DNA of 64,000 bases, taken from contig JAQGDQ010002407.1 of NCBI GenBank assembly GCA_030141605.1, positions 11,059 to 75,058 on the forward strand, given 5' to 3'. Under the pieces are notes generated by a model, which saw only the letters and a program-made list of their open reading frames with translations, made no database searches and had not been told where the DNA came from. The stretch is from Tubiluchus corallicola. Taxonomy: Eukaryota; Animalia; Priapulida. Positions 52,340 through 61,478 of this stretch are shown here, piece after piece; within the stretch, counting starts at the first letter, position 1; each line of letters starts with the position of its first letter. Position numbers and translations under genes: made by a program.

Positions 52340-53821
52340 ATGCTAGTAACCCCTGAATATCTGAAAAAAGAGAGAGATGCAGAATGGCGCGCTGAATTGC
52401 GGAAAAGCATCAAAAATAAAGAACGCACACTCATCGACAGAGTGCTAATGCCCGAGCTTGAGCCTATGACAAGGGCTAAGTCACAAAATAAAGAGGTGAA
52501 TACAGGGCTGTCTGTAGAACAAGCGGTAAAAGAAGCTGTCAGGTGCTTGGATTGTGCAAATCCCACATGCATCGGGGGATGCCCTGTGGGCATAAATATT
52601 CCAAAATTTATTAAGAACATTGAAAGGCAAGAATTTGGGGAAGCAATTGCCACACTGAAAGAGACCAATGCCTTACCCGCTGTCTGTGGGAGGGTGTGTC
52701 CCCAAGAGAAACAATGTGAAGCTGAATGCTTTTATTTTACAAAACTAGACAAAGAGCCGGTTGCAATTGGATACCTGGAGAGATTTGCAGCTGACTATGA
52801 GCGCGAATCCGGGAAGATGGCTGTCCCTGAAGCGGTTCCAAGAAACGGTGTAAAAGTGGCAGCAGTGGGTTCGGGCCCGGCATCCCTCTCATTTGCAGGC
52901 GAAATGATAAAACGGGGCTTTGACGTAACAGTATTTGAGGCGCTTCACGAAATAGGAGGGGTCTTAAAATACGGGATCCCCGAATTCAGGCTGCCCAACA
53001 CAATTGTGGATACTGAGCTGGACATTCTGAAAAAAATGGGCGTTAAATTTGAAACAAACTTTATTGTTGGGAGGACAGCGTCATTTGACAAACTCCGGGA
53101 GGAAGGATTTAAAGCTTTTTTTATAGGCAGTGGGGCAGGGCTCCCACGCTTTATGAACATCCCAGGCGAAAATAGCAATGGCGTACTATCTGCCAACGAA
53201 TACCTTACGCGCGTAAACCTTATGGGAGCTGATGATGACACAAACGATACTCCTGTATTGTATGGGAAAAATGTAGCTATAATAGGAGGCGGAAATACCG
53301 CAATTGACTCAGTGCGTACTGCAAAAAGGCTTGGAGCCAAAAGAGCTGCAATAATATACAGGCGCTCAGAGCGGGAGATGCCTGCCCGTATAGAAGAAAT
53401 AAAACATGCTAAAGAGGAGGGGATAGAATTTTATACACTATGTAATCCCGTTAAATATAAAGCTGATGAAAACGGAAGGGTAAAAGGGATAGAGCTTATA
53501 CGTATGGAGCTTGGCAAACCGGATGACTCTGGCAGAAGACGCCCTATTGCGGTAGAGGGGTCTGAATTTGAATTTGAAGCAGACATTGTTATTATCGCTG
53601 TCGGCGTATCTCCAAATCCGTTAGTGCCAGAATGCCTTCCATCTTTAAAAACATCCAGCTGGGGAACAATAGTCGTTGATGAAAATAAAATGCAATCATC
53701 CGAAAAAGATATGTTTGCAGGAGGCGATATTGTAAGAGGCGGAGCAACTGTAATACTTGCTATGGGAGATGGAAGAAAAGCAGCTGAAAACATGCATAAT
53801 TATCTGAAAGAAAAAAAATAG
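52340..53821 (+). CDS. nfnB: NfnB/SudA-type subunit (duplicate)
   Basis: Identical translation to 6866..8347. Confidence 0.85.
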   Translation: MLVTPEYLKKERDAEWRAELRKSIKNKERTLIDRVLMPELEPMTRAKSQNKEVNTGLSVEQAVKEAVRCLDCANPTCIGGCPVGINIPKFIKNIERQEFGEAIATLKETNALPAVCGRVCPQEKQCEAECFYFTKLDKEPVAIGYLERFAADYERESGKMAVPEAVPRNGVKVAAVGSGPASLSFAGEMIKRGFDVTVFEALHEIGGVLKYGIPEFRLPNTIVDTELDILKKMGVKFETNFIVGRTASFDKLREEGFKAFFIGSGAGLPRFMNIPGENSNGVLSANEYLTRVNLMGADDDTNDTPVLYGKNVAIIGGGNTAIDSVRTAKRLGAKRAAIIYRRSEREMPARIEEIKHAKEEGIEFYTLCNPVKYKADENGRVKGIELIRMELGKPDDSGRRRPIAVEGSEFEFEADIVIIAVGVSPNPLVPECLPSLKTSSWGTIVVDENKMQSSEKDMFAGGDIVRGGATVILAMGDGRKAAENMHNYLKEKK

Positions 53822-53843
53822 TTTGAACAAAACATACTTGAAT

Positions 53844-54851
53844 ATGTCAAACCTGTCAGTATCATATCTTGGAATTGAGATGCGTAATCCACTTATTGCG
53901 GGAAGCTGTGGCCTTACAAACTCAATAGATAATCTCAGGAAAATTGAAAAGGCAGGAGCAGGAGCTATTGTCTTAAAATCGATATTTGAAGAGGAGATAT
54001 ATGCCGAATATGCTGAAGAGTTCAGTAAACTCGGCCCTATGAGTAATAATCTTGAATTTCTCGATTACTACGACTACAAAATACGTGAAAACAATCTCGC
54101 CAGATACCTTACCCTTATTAAAAATGCCAAAAAAGAGATCAATATTCCAATAATTGCAAGCATTAACTGCCTCAGTTCCCAGGAGTGGCCATTTTTTGCA
54201 CAAAAAATAGAGGAGGCGGGAGCCGATGCCATTGAACTAAATATATTCATTCTTCCCTCTAACATATCACAATCTGGAGAAGAAAATGAAAAAACCTATT
54301 TCGATATAATATCGGGAGTTGCATTGAATGCTAAAATACCCGTCTCTGTAAAAATAAGCCCACACTTATCAAGCCTGGGAAAAATGATTAAAGAAATATC
54401 TTTTACTGAGGCAAAAGGATTGGTGCTGTTTAACAGGTTTTACTCTCCGGACATAGACATCAAAAAGGAGTCGCTAATAACTTCAAACCCTTTTAGCCAC
54501 CCTGATGAGTACATACTCCCTCTAAGGTGGGTTGGTATGATGTCTAACCGAATCAATTGCGACCTTATCAGCTCGACAGGTATACACAATTGGGAGACAG
54601 TAGTAAAAATGCTGCTGGCGGGAGCAACTGCTGTCCAGGTAGTCTCAGCAATGTACATTCACGGGATTCCTGTAATCTCAAAAATGATTCAACAGCTTGC
54701 TTTATGGATGAAAAATCATCACTACTCAGATATTAAAAGCTTCAGGGGAAAACTTAGCCTTGAAAATAGCGCGAACCCATCTGACTATGAGCGCGTACAG
54801 TATATGCGCCATTTTGGCAGTGATAAATTTCCGGGTAGTAGCCAGGAATGA
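53844..54851 (+). CDS. Dihydroorotate dehydrogenase-like flavoprotein (duplicate)
   Basis: Identical to the left-arm copy. Confidence 0.85.
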   Translation: MSNLSVSYLGIEMRNPLIAGSCGLTNSIDNLRKIEKAGAGAIVLKSIFEEEIYAEYAEEFSKLGPMSNNLEFLDYYDYKIRENNLARYLTLIKNAKKEINIPIIASINCLSSQEWPFFAQKIEEAGADAIELNIFILPSNISQSGEENEKTYFDIISGVALNAKIPVSVKISPHLSSLGKMIKEISFTEAKGLVLFNRFYSPDIDIKKESLITSNPFSHPDEYILPLRWVGMMSNRINCDLISSTGIHNWETVVKMLLAGATAVQVVSAMYIHGIPVISKMIQQLALWMKNHHYSDIKSFRGKLSLENSANPSDYERVQYMRHFGSDKFPGSSQE

Positions 54852-54878
54852 AATGTTAGAAAACCGGATACACACTAT

Positions 54879-57260
54879 ATGATCTCAGGCATTAAAATAA
54901 ACAGAAGCCTTTTCTTATCTACTTTCCTGCTTTGCATGCTCCTGCCTGTAATAGCTTTAGCACAGGTGAAAGTATCATCTGAAATTGTTGTTATTCGGGG
55001 GAAGGACTACCTGCTTCATACAGTCAAAAAAGGGGAGACACTCTACTCAATATCAAAAGCGTATAAAGTAGATATAAATAGTGTAAAAGAGGCAAATCAC
55101 CTTAAGCAAAACAGCCTGAACACGGAGCAAATATTAAAAATCCCGGTAGCAGAACAGCAGCAGGAGCCCTCAGTCCATGATCAGCAGCAAGAGCCCCCTG
55201 TCCATGAGCAGCAAGAGCCCCCCCTGAGAACCCACAAGGTAAAAAGGAGAGAGACGGTATATTCCATTTCCAAAATATACGATGTTGACACAGAAGATAT
55301 TTACAGGCTTAACCCGAGCTCCAGAAAAAAAATTAAACAGGGTGTTGTTCTGAAAATTCCACCTGCCCGACAGGCAGGCAAAGACAACTTTACTCTCCAC
55401 ACTGTGGCTAAAGGAGAAACACTGTACTCAATATCGAAAAAATATAACTGCAGCATAAGCCTACTATCTCAGGCCAACCCGGGAATTGAAATGGTGCTAT
55501 CTACCGGGACAGTGATAAAAATACCCAAAGAGACAACAGAAAAGGAGAGTGTAAAAGAGGCTCTCGAAGAAAAATCCCCAGGAGTAGACATGCAGGAGTT
55601 GCCGAATAGTGCAAAATACTTTTCATATCGTGTCGTTTCAGGAGACACCTATTTTGGACTAAAAAGAAGATATGGGGTGGAGCAAAAGGAGTTAACAGAA
55701 CTAAACCCTCAGTTGAATGACGGGTTGAAAGCAGGACTAATTATAAACATTCCCAAAAAGCAGATAGCTGTTAATCACATTATCCCGATAGATAAAAACA
55801 GGTTTTCATACCATGTAGTTACAAAAGGAGAAACACTATATAGCCTTTCTCTGCTGTATGGTCTAAAAATAAGCCAGATCAAAGAGCTAAACCCTGGGTT
55901 AAAGGGCAGAGGGCTTATTGCAGGAGAAAAACTATTGCTCCCAAGAAATGGATACTTCTCATCCAGGTCAGAGTATATTGAAAAAGTGGAGAGCAGCACA
56001 GGAGAAAAACTGAAGAGTGTTCCCCCCCAATGTCTCAGCTCTCGGCAGTTTATGGGCAACCTGGTGAAAGTGGGACTGTTCCTGCCTTTATGCCTGAACA
56101 ATAATGACTCAATAAGTGGAAATACGAGCGAAGAGACAGCTGTCCGGGAAAATATAAAAGCTTACAAAACCATACACCCACGGACAGTAAACTTCCTTCA
56201 CTTTTATGAAGGGGCACTTTTGGCAATCTATGACTTGCAAAATAGGGGTATGAGTGTTGAACTATTTGTATATGATACAGAGAGTGATCCCAAAGTCGTT
56301 GAACAGTTGGTGAAAAAACCTGAAGTTCTTGAACTTGACCTTATCATAGGTCCGGTATATATTAAATGCCAGAAACCGGTATCTGAGATTGCTGCCAAAA
56401 AGCATATACCTATGGTATCCCCGTTGTCGGAAAATAGTTCTTTAGCAAAAAAGAACCCCTACTACTTTCAAGTTAATCCGTGGAAGGAGTACAAGCTGAA
56501 GGCGACAAGTGATTACATAGTAGAAGATTTTTTCAACCAAAACATTATTGTAATGGGGTTTGACAACACCCAGCACCTTGATGAGAAAATGGTTGTTGAT
56601 AGGATACGTGAGAAGCTATTTACAACGGGGTACTACAACAATACAAACGAAATACTTTTTCATGAGTTCAACTTTGATGAAGAAGGGTATTACGCACTGG
56701 AGCGACTGATGAGTCCGCGCAAAGAAAATATAGTTATACTTCCTATAAGCAATGAAGCCGAAGTGAGTAAAGCTATAAATAATATAAATACTGCCTCTAA
56801 GAAATTTAGTATAACCCTGATAGGATTTTTGGAATTTAGCAGGTTTGAAAGTATCGATACAGAACATCTCCATAACCTTAAAATGAACTACCTCACACCA
56901 TACCGGATTGACTACACTAAAAGAAATGTAAACAGGTTTATCAGAGACTACAGAAGGGAGTTTTATACGGAGCCAACCCCATTCAGCTTTCAGGGCTACG
57001 ATGTTGTATGGTATTTCCTTAATGCTATAGGCAGGTCGGGGAAGGATTTTATCGACTGCTTACCATTTTACAGCTTCGATATGCTTCAGGCGGACTATAA
57101 CTTCCAGAAGATGTCCGAATACGGAGGATATATGAACTACTCGCTCTTAATAATGGAGTACTCAAAAGACTTTGAAGTAGAGCTGAAGGGAGAAATGGGG
57201 AATCAGCCTTTTATTAAGCATCAGGCACCGTACAAAGAAAGGGGGAAAGCTTTTTTTTGA
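54879..57260 (+). CDS. 5xLysM + PBP-like protein (793 aa allele)
   Basis: As 3451..5808 but with an extra 8-aa unit (PVHEQQEP). Confidence 0.85.
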   Translation: MISGIKINRSLFLSTFLLCMLLPVIALAQVKVSSEIVVIRGKDYLLHTVKKGETLYSISKAYKVDINSVKEANHLKQNSLNTEQILKIPVAEQQQEPSVHDQQQEPPVHEQQEPPLRTHKVKRRETVYSISKIYDVDTEDIYRLNPSSRKKIKQGVVLKIPPARQAGKDNFTLHTVAKGETLYSISKKYNCSISLLSQANPGIEMVLSTGTVIKIPKETTEKESVKEALEEKSPGVDMQELPNSAKYFSYRVVSGDTYFGLKRRYGVEQKELTELNPQLNDGLKAGLIINIPKKQIAVNHIIPIDKNRFSYHVVTKGETLYSLSLLYGLKISQIKELNPGLKGRGLIAGEKLLLPRNGYFSSRSEYIEKVESSTGEKLKSVPPQCLSSRQFMGNLVKVGLFLPLCLNNNDSISGNTSEETAVRENIKAYKTIHPRTVNFLHFYEGALLAIYDLQNRGMSVELFVYDTESDPKVVEQLVKKPEVLELDLIIGPVYIKCQKPVSEIAAKKHIPMVSPLSENSSLAKKNPYYFQVNPWKEYKLKATSDYIVEDFFNQNIIVMGFDNTQHLDEKMVVDRIREKLFTTGYYNNTNEILFHEFNFDEEGYYALERLMSPRKENIVILPISNEAEVSKAINNINTASKKFSITLIGFLEFSRFESIDTEHLHNLKMNYLTPYRIDYTKRNVNRFIRDYRREFYTEPTPFSFQGYDVVWYFLNAIGRSGKDFIDCLPFYSFDMLQADYNFQKMSEYGGYMNYSLLIMEYSKDFEVELKGEMGNQPFIKHQAPYKERGKAFF
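55155..55224 (+). repeat. Coding tandem repeat (cagcaagagccc-like units, QQEP[S/P]VH)
   Basis: cagcaggagccctcagtccatgat / cagcagcaagagccccctgtccatgag / cagcaagagcccccc; one unit fewer in the left arm (~5487-5532). Confidence 0.85.
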
Positions 57261-57325
57261 GAAAGGGGAAAGCTTTTTTTGGTAGACATTGTAAAAAAAC
57301 CATTTGTAACAAAACGAGCTCCTTA

Positions 57326-59005
57326 CTACCTTGCTCTCCTGTTTCTGCCACCTTTTCTTTGCTGCCCCGGCTTCCTTTTAAACTTATTTGCCTTAGTGAT
57401 TATATCTGCGGCGATAGGGATGCCGTTAAATGTAAAATTCTTACAGTTCTTCCGGAACGCATCTGCCTGTCCGGATTCAATACTTACGATAGAGTGCCTC
57501 CCCCTAAGCTCAATGCGCCCTACATCAACGCTCTTGTTACCTGTAGCCTGCACTACAAGTGATATTATATCTTTGGGCTTAATCCCCTTTGCCATTCCAA
57601 TGTTTAGCCTTAAAGATGTCATATTTGCATCACTGCCTTTTGCCCTGTCGCTGCCCCTTGCTTTCCGGCCACTAGTATCAACAGCATTCAGGTCAGGTGC
57701 ATCCTGATAGTAATGCAGAAAGCGGTTAAACTCCAATGAGACAAAATGTGTTATCAACTCCTCTCGGGACAACTTTTCCAGCTTGTCAAACACCACCTGC
57801 ATAAATGGAGCTATCTGCTCCCTATTTACTTCAACTTTTTGTAGTCTGTCGATAAGGTGTAGGAGCTGCTTCTTACATATCTCTTTCCCCCCTGGAACGG
57901 GTAGCCTCTCAATCTTTTTGCCCAGTGCCCTTTCAATCTGGCTGATTTTTCCCTTCTCCCTCATGTGAATAATAGATATCGACACTCCTGACTTTCCAGC
58001 CCTTCCGGTACGACCGGTACGATGGGTATAATTCTCATTATCCTCCGGCAAGTTATAATTGATAACGTGAGTAAGGTCGTTTACATCAATCCCCCTTGCC
58101 GCAACATCAGTAGCAACAAGTATTTTAACTCCCCTGGCTCGGAACTTCCCCATCACATAATCGCGCTGCTGCTGCATAAGGTCTCCATGCAACGCTTCCG
58201 CACTGTAGCCATCTTTTATAAGCTGGGCAGCAATACTCTTTGTATCCATCCTGGTACGGCAAAACACTATACCATAAATATCGGGAGTAAAGTCCATCAC
58301 ACGTTTTAATGCAGCATATCTGTCTTTTGCCTGCACCATATGGTAGTAGTGGTTAACATTTTCTGCTCCGTGGTTCTTTTTCCCAACTGTGATCTCAATG
58401 GGATTGCTCATGTAGCTCTTTGCTATCTCTGACACCCCTTTGGGCATTGTTGCCGAAAAGAGGAGTGTATTTTTGCTTTCAGGAGTGGTAGCAAGTATAG
58501 CATCAACATCCTCCTTAAACCCCATGTTCAGCATTTCATCGGCTTCATCAAGAACCAGTGTTGAGATCCCGGAGAGATCAATCTTTTTTCTTCTCAAAAT
58601 GTCGTGCATGCGTCCGGGAGTAGCCGTAATTATATGGGTACCTTTCTCCAGCGCTTTGAGCTGCTTCCCAATATCGGCACCCCCGTAGACAGGTGTAATG
58701 ACTATTTTTGGAAGATGCTTTGAAAAGTTTTTTATCTCTTTTGCAATCTGGACACACAGCTCGCGTGTCGGGCTGAGGATAAGTGCTTGCACCTCCTTCT
58801 TATGGGGGTCAATAGATTGCAGTACAGGCAGTCCAAATGCTGCCGTTTTTCCTGTCCCTGTTTGTGCTAGCCCCACCAAGTCGGCAGGCTCTTCCAAAAG
58901 TCGGGGAATCACTTTTTCTTGAATAGCCGACGGCTGTTCAAATCCCATCTCCTGGATGGCTTTTAATATATCGGGATAAAGCCCCATATCATCAAATCTC
59001 ATCAT
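57326..59005 (-). CDS. DEAD-box RNA helicase (duplicate)
   Basis: Identical translation to 1706..3385. Confidence 0.95.
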   Translation of the reverse strand: MMRFDDMGLYPDILKAIQEMGFEQPSAIQEKVIPRLLEEPADLVGLAQTGTGKTAAFGLPVLQSIDPHKKEVQALILSPTRELCVQIAKEIKNFSKHLPKIVITPVYGGADIGKQLKALEKGTHIITATPGRMHDILRRKKIDLSGISTLVLDEADEMLNMGFKEDVDAILATTPESKNTLLFSATMPKGVSEIAKSYMSNPIEITVGKKNHGAENVNHYYHMVQAKDRYAALKRVMDFTPDIYGIVFCRTRMDTKSIAAQLIKDGYSAEALHGDLMQQQRDYVMGKFRARGVKILVATDVAARGIDVNDLTHVINYNLPEDNENYTHRTGRTGRAGKSGVSISIIHMREKGKISQIERALGKKIERLPVPGGKEICKKQLLHLIDRLQKVEVNREQIAPFMQVVFDKLEKLSREELITHFVSLEFNRFLHYYQDAPDLNAVDTSGRKARGSDRAKGSDANMTSLRLNIGMAKGIKPKDIISLVVQATGNKSVDVGRIELRGRHSIVSIESGQADAFRKNCKNFTFNGIPIAADIITKANKFKRKPGQQRKGGRNRRAR

Positions 59006-59078
59006 ATCATTGTTTTTACACAGCTTTCCCCTTCTGTATTGTAGTGAGCAGGCGTATTGCTGTAGTGGGTTGTGTTTT

Positions 59079-59217
59079 GGAGCCTTTGCAAAAACTCATC
59101 TTTTACTAATACTTCCCAAAACTCTCTTCAAAAGTCTTTACTTAACATTAGTAAACTGCGATTCTCACCGAATTGCTTCTCAGCCAGAACCAAAATCTTT
59201 CACCTTGCAAAGGCTTC
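59079..59217 (-). mobile_element. MITE-like element (mirror of 1494..1632)
   Basis: The only minus-oriented copy in the right arm, upstream of the minus-strand helicase. Confidence 0.7.
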
Positions 59218-59399
59218 AATCTATTAGTTTAAGGCAGCTTTGCTACCGTTAACTTTTTCAAAATGTGGCGCAAGGTACAAAATTTGAGCAATGAAATACG
59301 AATTTTGGGCAGTTTTATTTTTGAAGTGGATGTTGTCAGGTGTTTCAAACAGGTGATAAGCTTTATACAGAACCGGTAGTACAAATGCTTTACTTGGGG

Positions 59400-61478
59400 C
59401 TACACTGTCTCCACCTGCTCATCAAGTGCCTGCTCAATCAGCTCCATTATATAGTCCAGCCCGGCAGGCTCTTCTAGTTCCACCTCAACACTGCCGTTGC
59501 CCCAATTGCCTGCTTCCGATATATCCCTGCAGATGCCCTTAGGATCCTTTACCTTATCAAAATCTATATGCAAAGCAAGACTTAGCCGCTCTCTTTTGGG
59601 GATCACATCTACAAAGCTGGTTTGGATCTTAAATGTGATATATAGTTTTTTAAGCTCCATCTTGACTGCTGCATCGAGGTTCAAAACCCTTTTTGAAAGG
59701 CTTTTATAAAGGTCAAGCATCTCCCCCCGCAGATGTTCATAATGGCCGGGACTATAAACTACTGCTTTTTTTGCCTTTCCCCGCTTCTTATAGAGATTAA
59801 ATCTGTCATGTGGAAGGTATGGCCTTTTCCATATGCTGCAAGCCGATTTGCTCAGTTTGGCGGCTCTCAACAGGATTGCTTTCTCATTCCACACCTGAAC
59901 ATCTTTTACTGTTTGATTAAGATATAGCGGGCTGGCATTGAATCCTCCCTCTACTGTTTTTTTCTCTTCGAACGAGCTAACTGAGAACTCGGAACTGTAG
60001 TTTGTAAGCGAAAGGTTCCCCAGAGTATGAAGATATCTCTCCTTTACTATTTCCAGGCTTTCTCCAAGCTCTTGTTGCCATCGGGGAGAGATATTCGGAT
60101 TTTGTGGCAGGATATGCTCTATAGTGTAGTTCTCTACGCTTATTGACTCTTTACTATTTTGATTTTCAAGCGATTCTAACAGATAATTCCTCAACCTGAA
60201 ATTGTAAACATCTTTTATTTGCAGTTCCCTGATAAACTCCGCATCAGAAGGGAACCTTTCGTAGCCCTCCATTATCAGAAACAGCGCTTTGAGAGATTCC
60301 GGGAGTACCCCTCCCCCGGATCGTTTATAAAGCGTGGTGAAAGTTTTTCCCAGGCTGTTGGAGGAAATGCCGCATATGACCCTTCTAAACAGGTAGCTGG
60401 AGAGCATATCAATAATTTCGATAAACTCATTTTTTGTAATTTTCCCTTCCTCATAGTCATTGTAGACAGCAAGGAGGAATGGGTATGAGGAGTATATTCT
60501 CAGCTTGGCAATCTCTTTTAGTTTTTTCAATATATCTAAATTCTTTTCCTTTAACAGTGCGATCCGGGTATAATACTTAGAGTACTTGTAAAGATCCCTG
60601 AGCGCTTCCCCTATTGTACTAAAACTACTCCAAATGCTGAAAAATCGTTTATAGGTTTCATAAACAAGGCCCTCCTTGGGGACTGAGGAGTGTTTCATTG
60701 TCAGGTAGTCTCTGATAAATCGGGTAAGCAGCTCTGCTCTTCCCTCAAAGCTATGCTCCATCGGCTGCCAGTACTTTTCGTATAAATCCTGCTGAGCATT
60801 TAGTGGATGCTTCATGAATATGTAGTTTCGAACCAAGTCAGACTGGGAGAAGGGAGGATTGAGGCCCTCAAAGATAGGACGGAGATTGTCTTTCTCCATG
60901 TCAAGGGTTATATTAATTATAGTTAGCCTTTTTATGCCCAGATATAGTTTGGAAACATTTTTTTTATGGATATTATCCATAAAAAATCTATAGTTTTTGA
61001 ATATCCGCTTAGAGTGTTGGGTGTTAGTTTTCGCACTTTCAATCAATTTTATATATGACTCCCTGTCTTTTTCAGTTGGAAGGAGCTTATATCTGTAGCT
61101 GTCGTTCCTGTGTCTGTTAATAAGGTATGCTTGTATATCCTTCCAGCTCTCACAGGACGGAGAAGTATCTTTACTCTGTTTTATATAGCGTATTAGCGCC
61201 AAAAGAAGTAGAGAGACAGTGAGGAGGCGCTGTTGCCCGTCTATTACCAATAGCTCAGGGATAGAAGTTGCAGATGTAGAGAGACTGTCCGGGCTAAAGC
61301 AGGTTATGGTTCCGATGAAATGTGAAGCTTCTGAGTTGCTGCTGCCAATATGTATAATATCATCAAATAGTTGCTGAAGCTGCTCTGTTCGCCAGAAGTA
61401 CCTCCTCTGGTATACCGGTATGGTAAACTGTTTCTCCCCACTCATAAGACTCAGTAGCTGTGCATGTGTTGCTCTCAT
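59400..61478 (-). CDS. GmrSD-like fusion (DUF262 + DUF1524 HNH) with C-terminal DUF5655-like domain; putative type IV restriction protein
   Basis: IPVYQRRY.W and VIDGQQRL (DUF262); TIEHILPQ...LGNL (DUF1524); C-terminal GNWGNG.VEV. Confidence 0.85.
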   Translation of the reverse strand: MRATHAQLLSLMSGEKQFTIPVYQRRYFWRTEQLQQLFDDIIHIGSSNSEASHFIGTITCFSPDSLSTSATSIPELLVIDGQQRLLTVSLLLLALIRYIKQSKDTSPSCESWKDIQAYLINRHRNDSYRYKLLPTEKDRESYIKLIESAKTNTQHSKRIFKNYRFFMDNIHKKNVSKLYLGIKRLTIINITLDMEKDNLRPIFEGLNPPFSQSDLVRNYIFMKHPLNAQQDLYEKYWQPMEHSFEGRAELLTRFIRDYLTMKHSSVPKEGLVYETYKRFFSIWSSFSTIGEALRDLYKYSKYYTRIALLKEKNLDILKKLKEIAKLRIYSSYPFLLAVYNDYEEGKITKNEFIEIIDMLSSYLFRRVICGISSNSLGKTFTTLYKRSGGGVLPESLKALFLIMEGYERFPSDAEFIRELQIKDVYNFRLRNYLLESLENQNSKESISVENYTIEHILPQNPNISPRWQQELGESLEIVKERYLHTLGNLSLTNYSSEFSVSSFEEKKTVEGGFNASPLYLNQTVKDVQVWNEKAILLRAAKLSKSACSIWKRPYLPHDRFNLYKKRGKAKKAVVYSPGHYEHLRGEMLDLYKSLSKRVLNLDAAVKMELKKLYITFKIQTSFVDVIPKRERLSLALHIDFDKVKDPKGICRDISEAGNWGNGSVEVELEEPAGLDYIMELIEQALDEQVETV

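Larger units (their letters stand above)
31309..60710. repeat. Right arm of giant inverted repeat
   Basis: Begins catagccttgtttggatacg at 31309. ORF translations are identical to the left arm except an 8-aa insertion in the LysM protein. Confidence 0.97.

Noticed and set aside
32076-59217. CRISPR array or attC/integron cassette interpretation of the intergenic repeats
   Set aside because: Copies are long, degenerate and dispersed between housekeeping genes. There are no regular spacers, cas genes, integrase or GTTRRRY/RYYYAAC ends.
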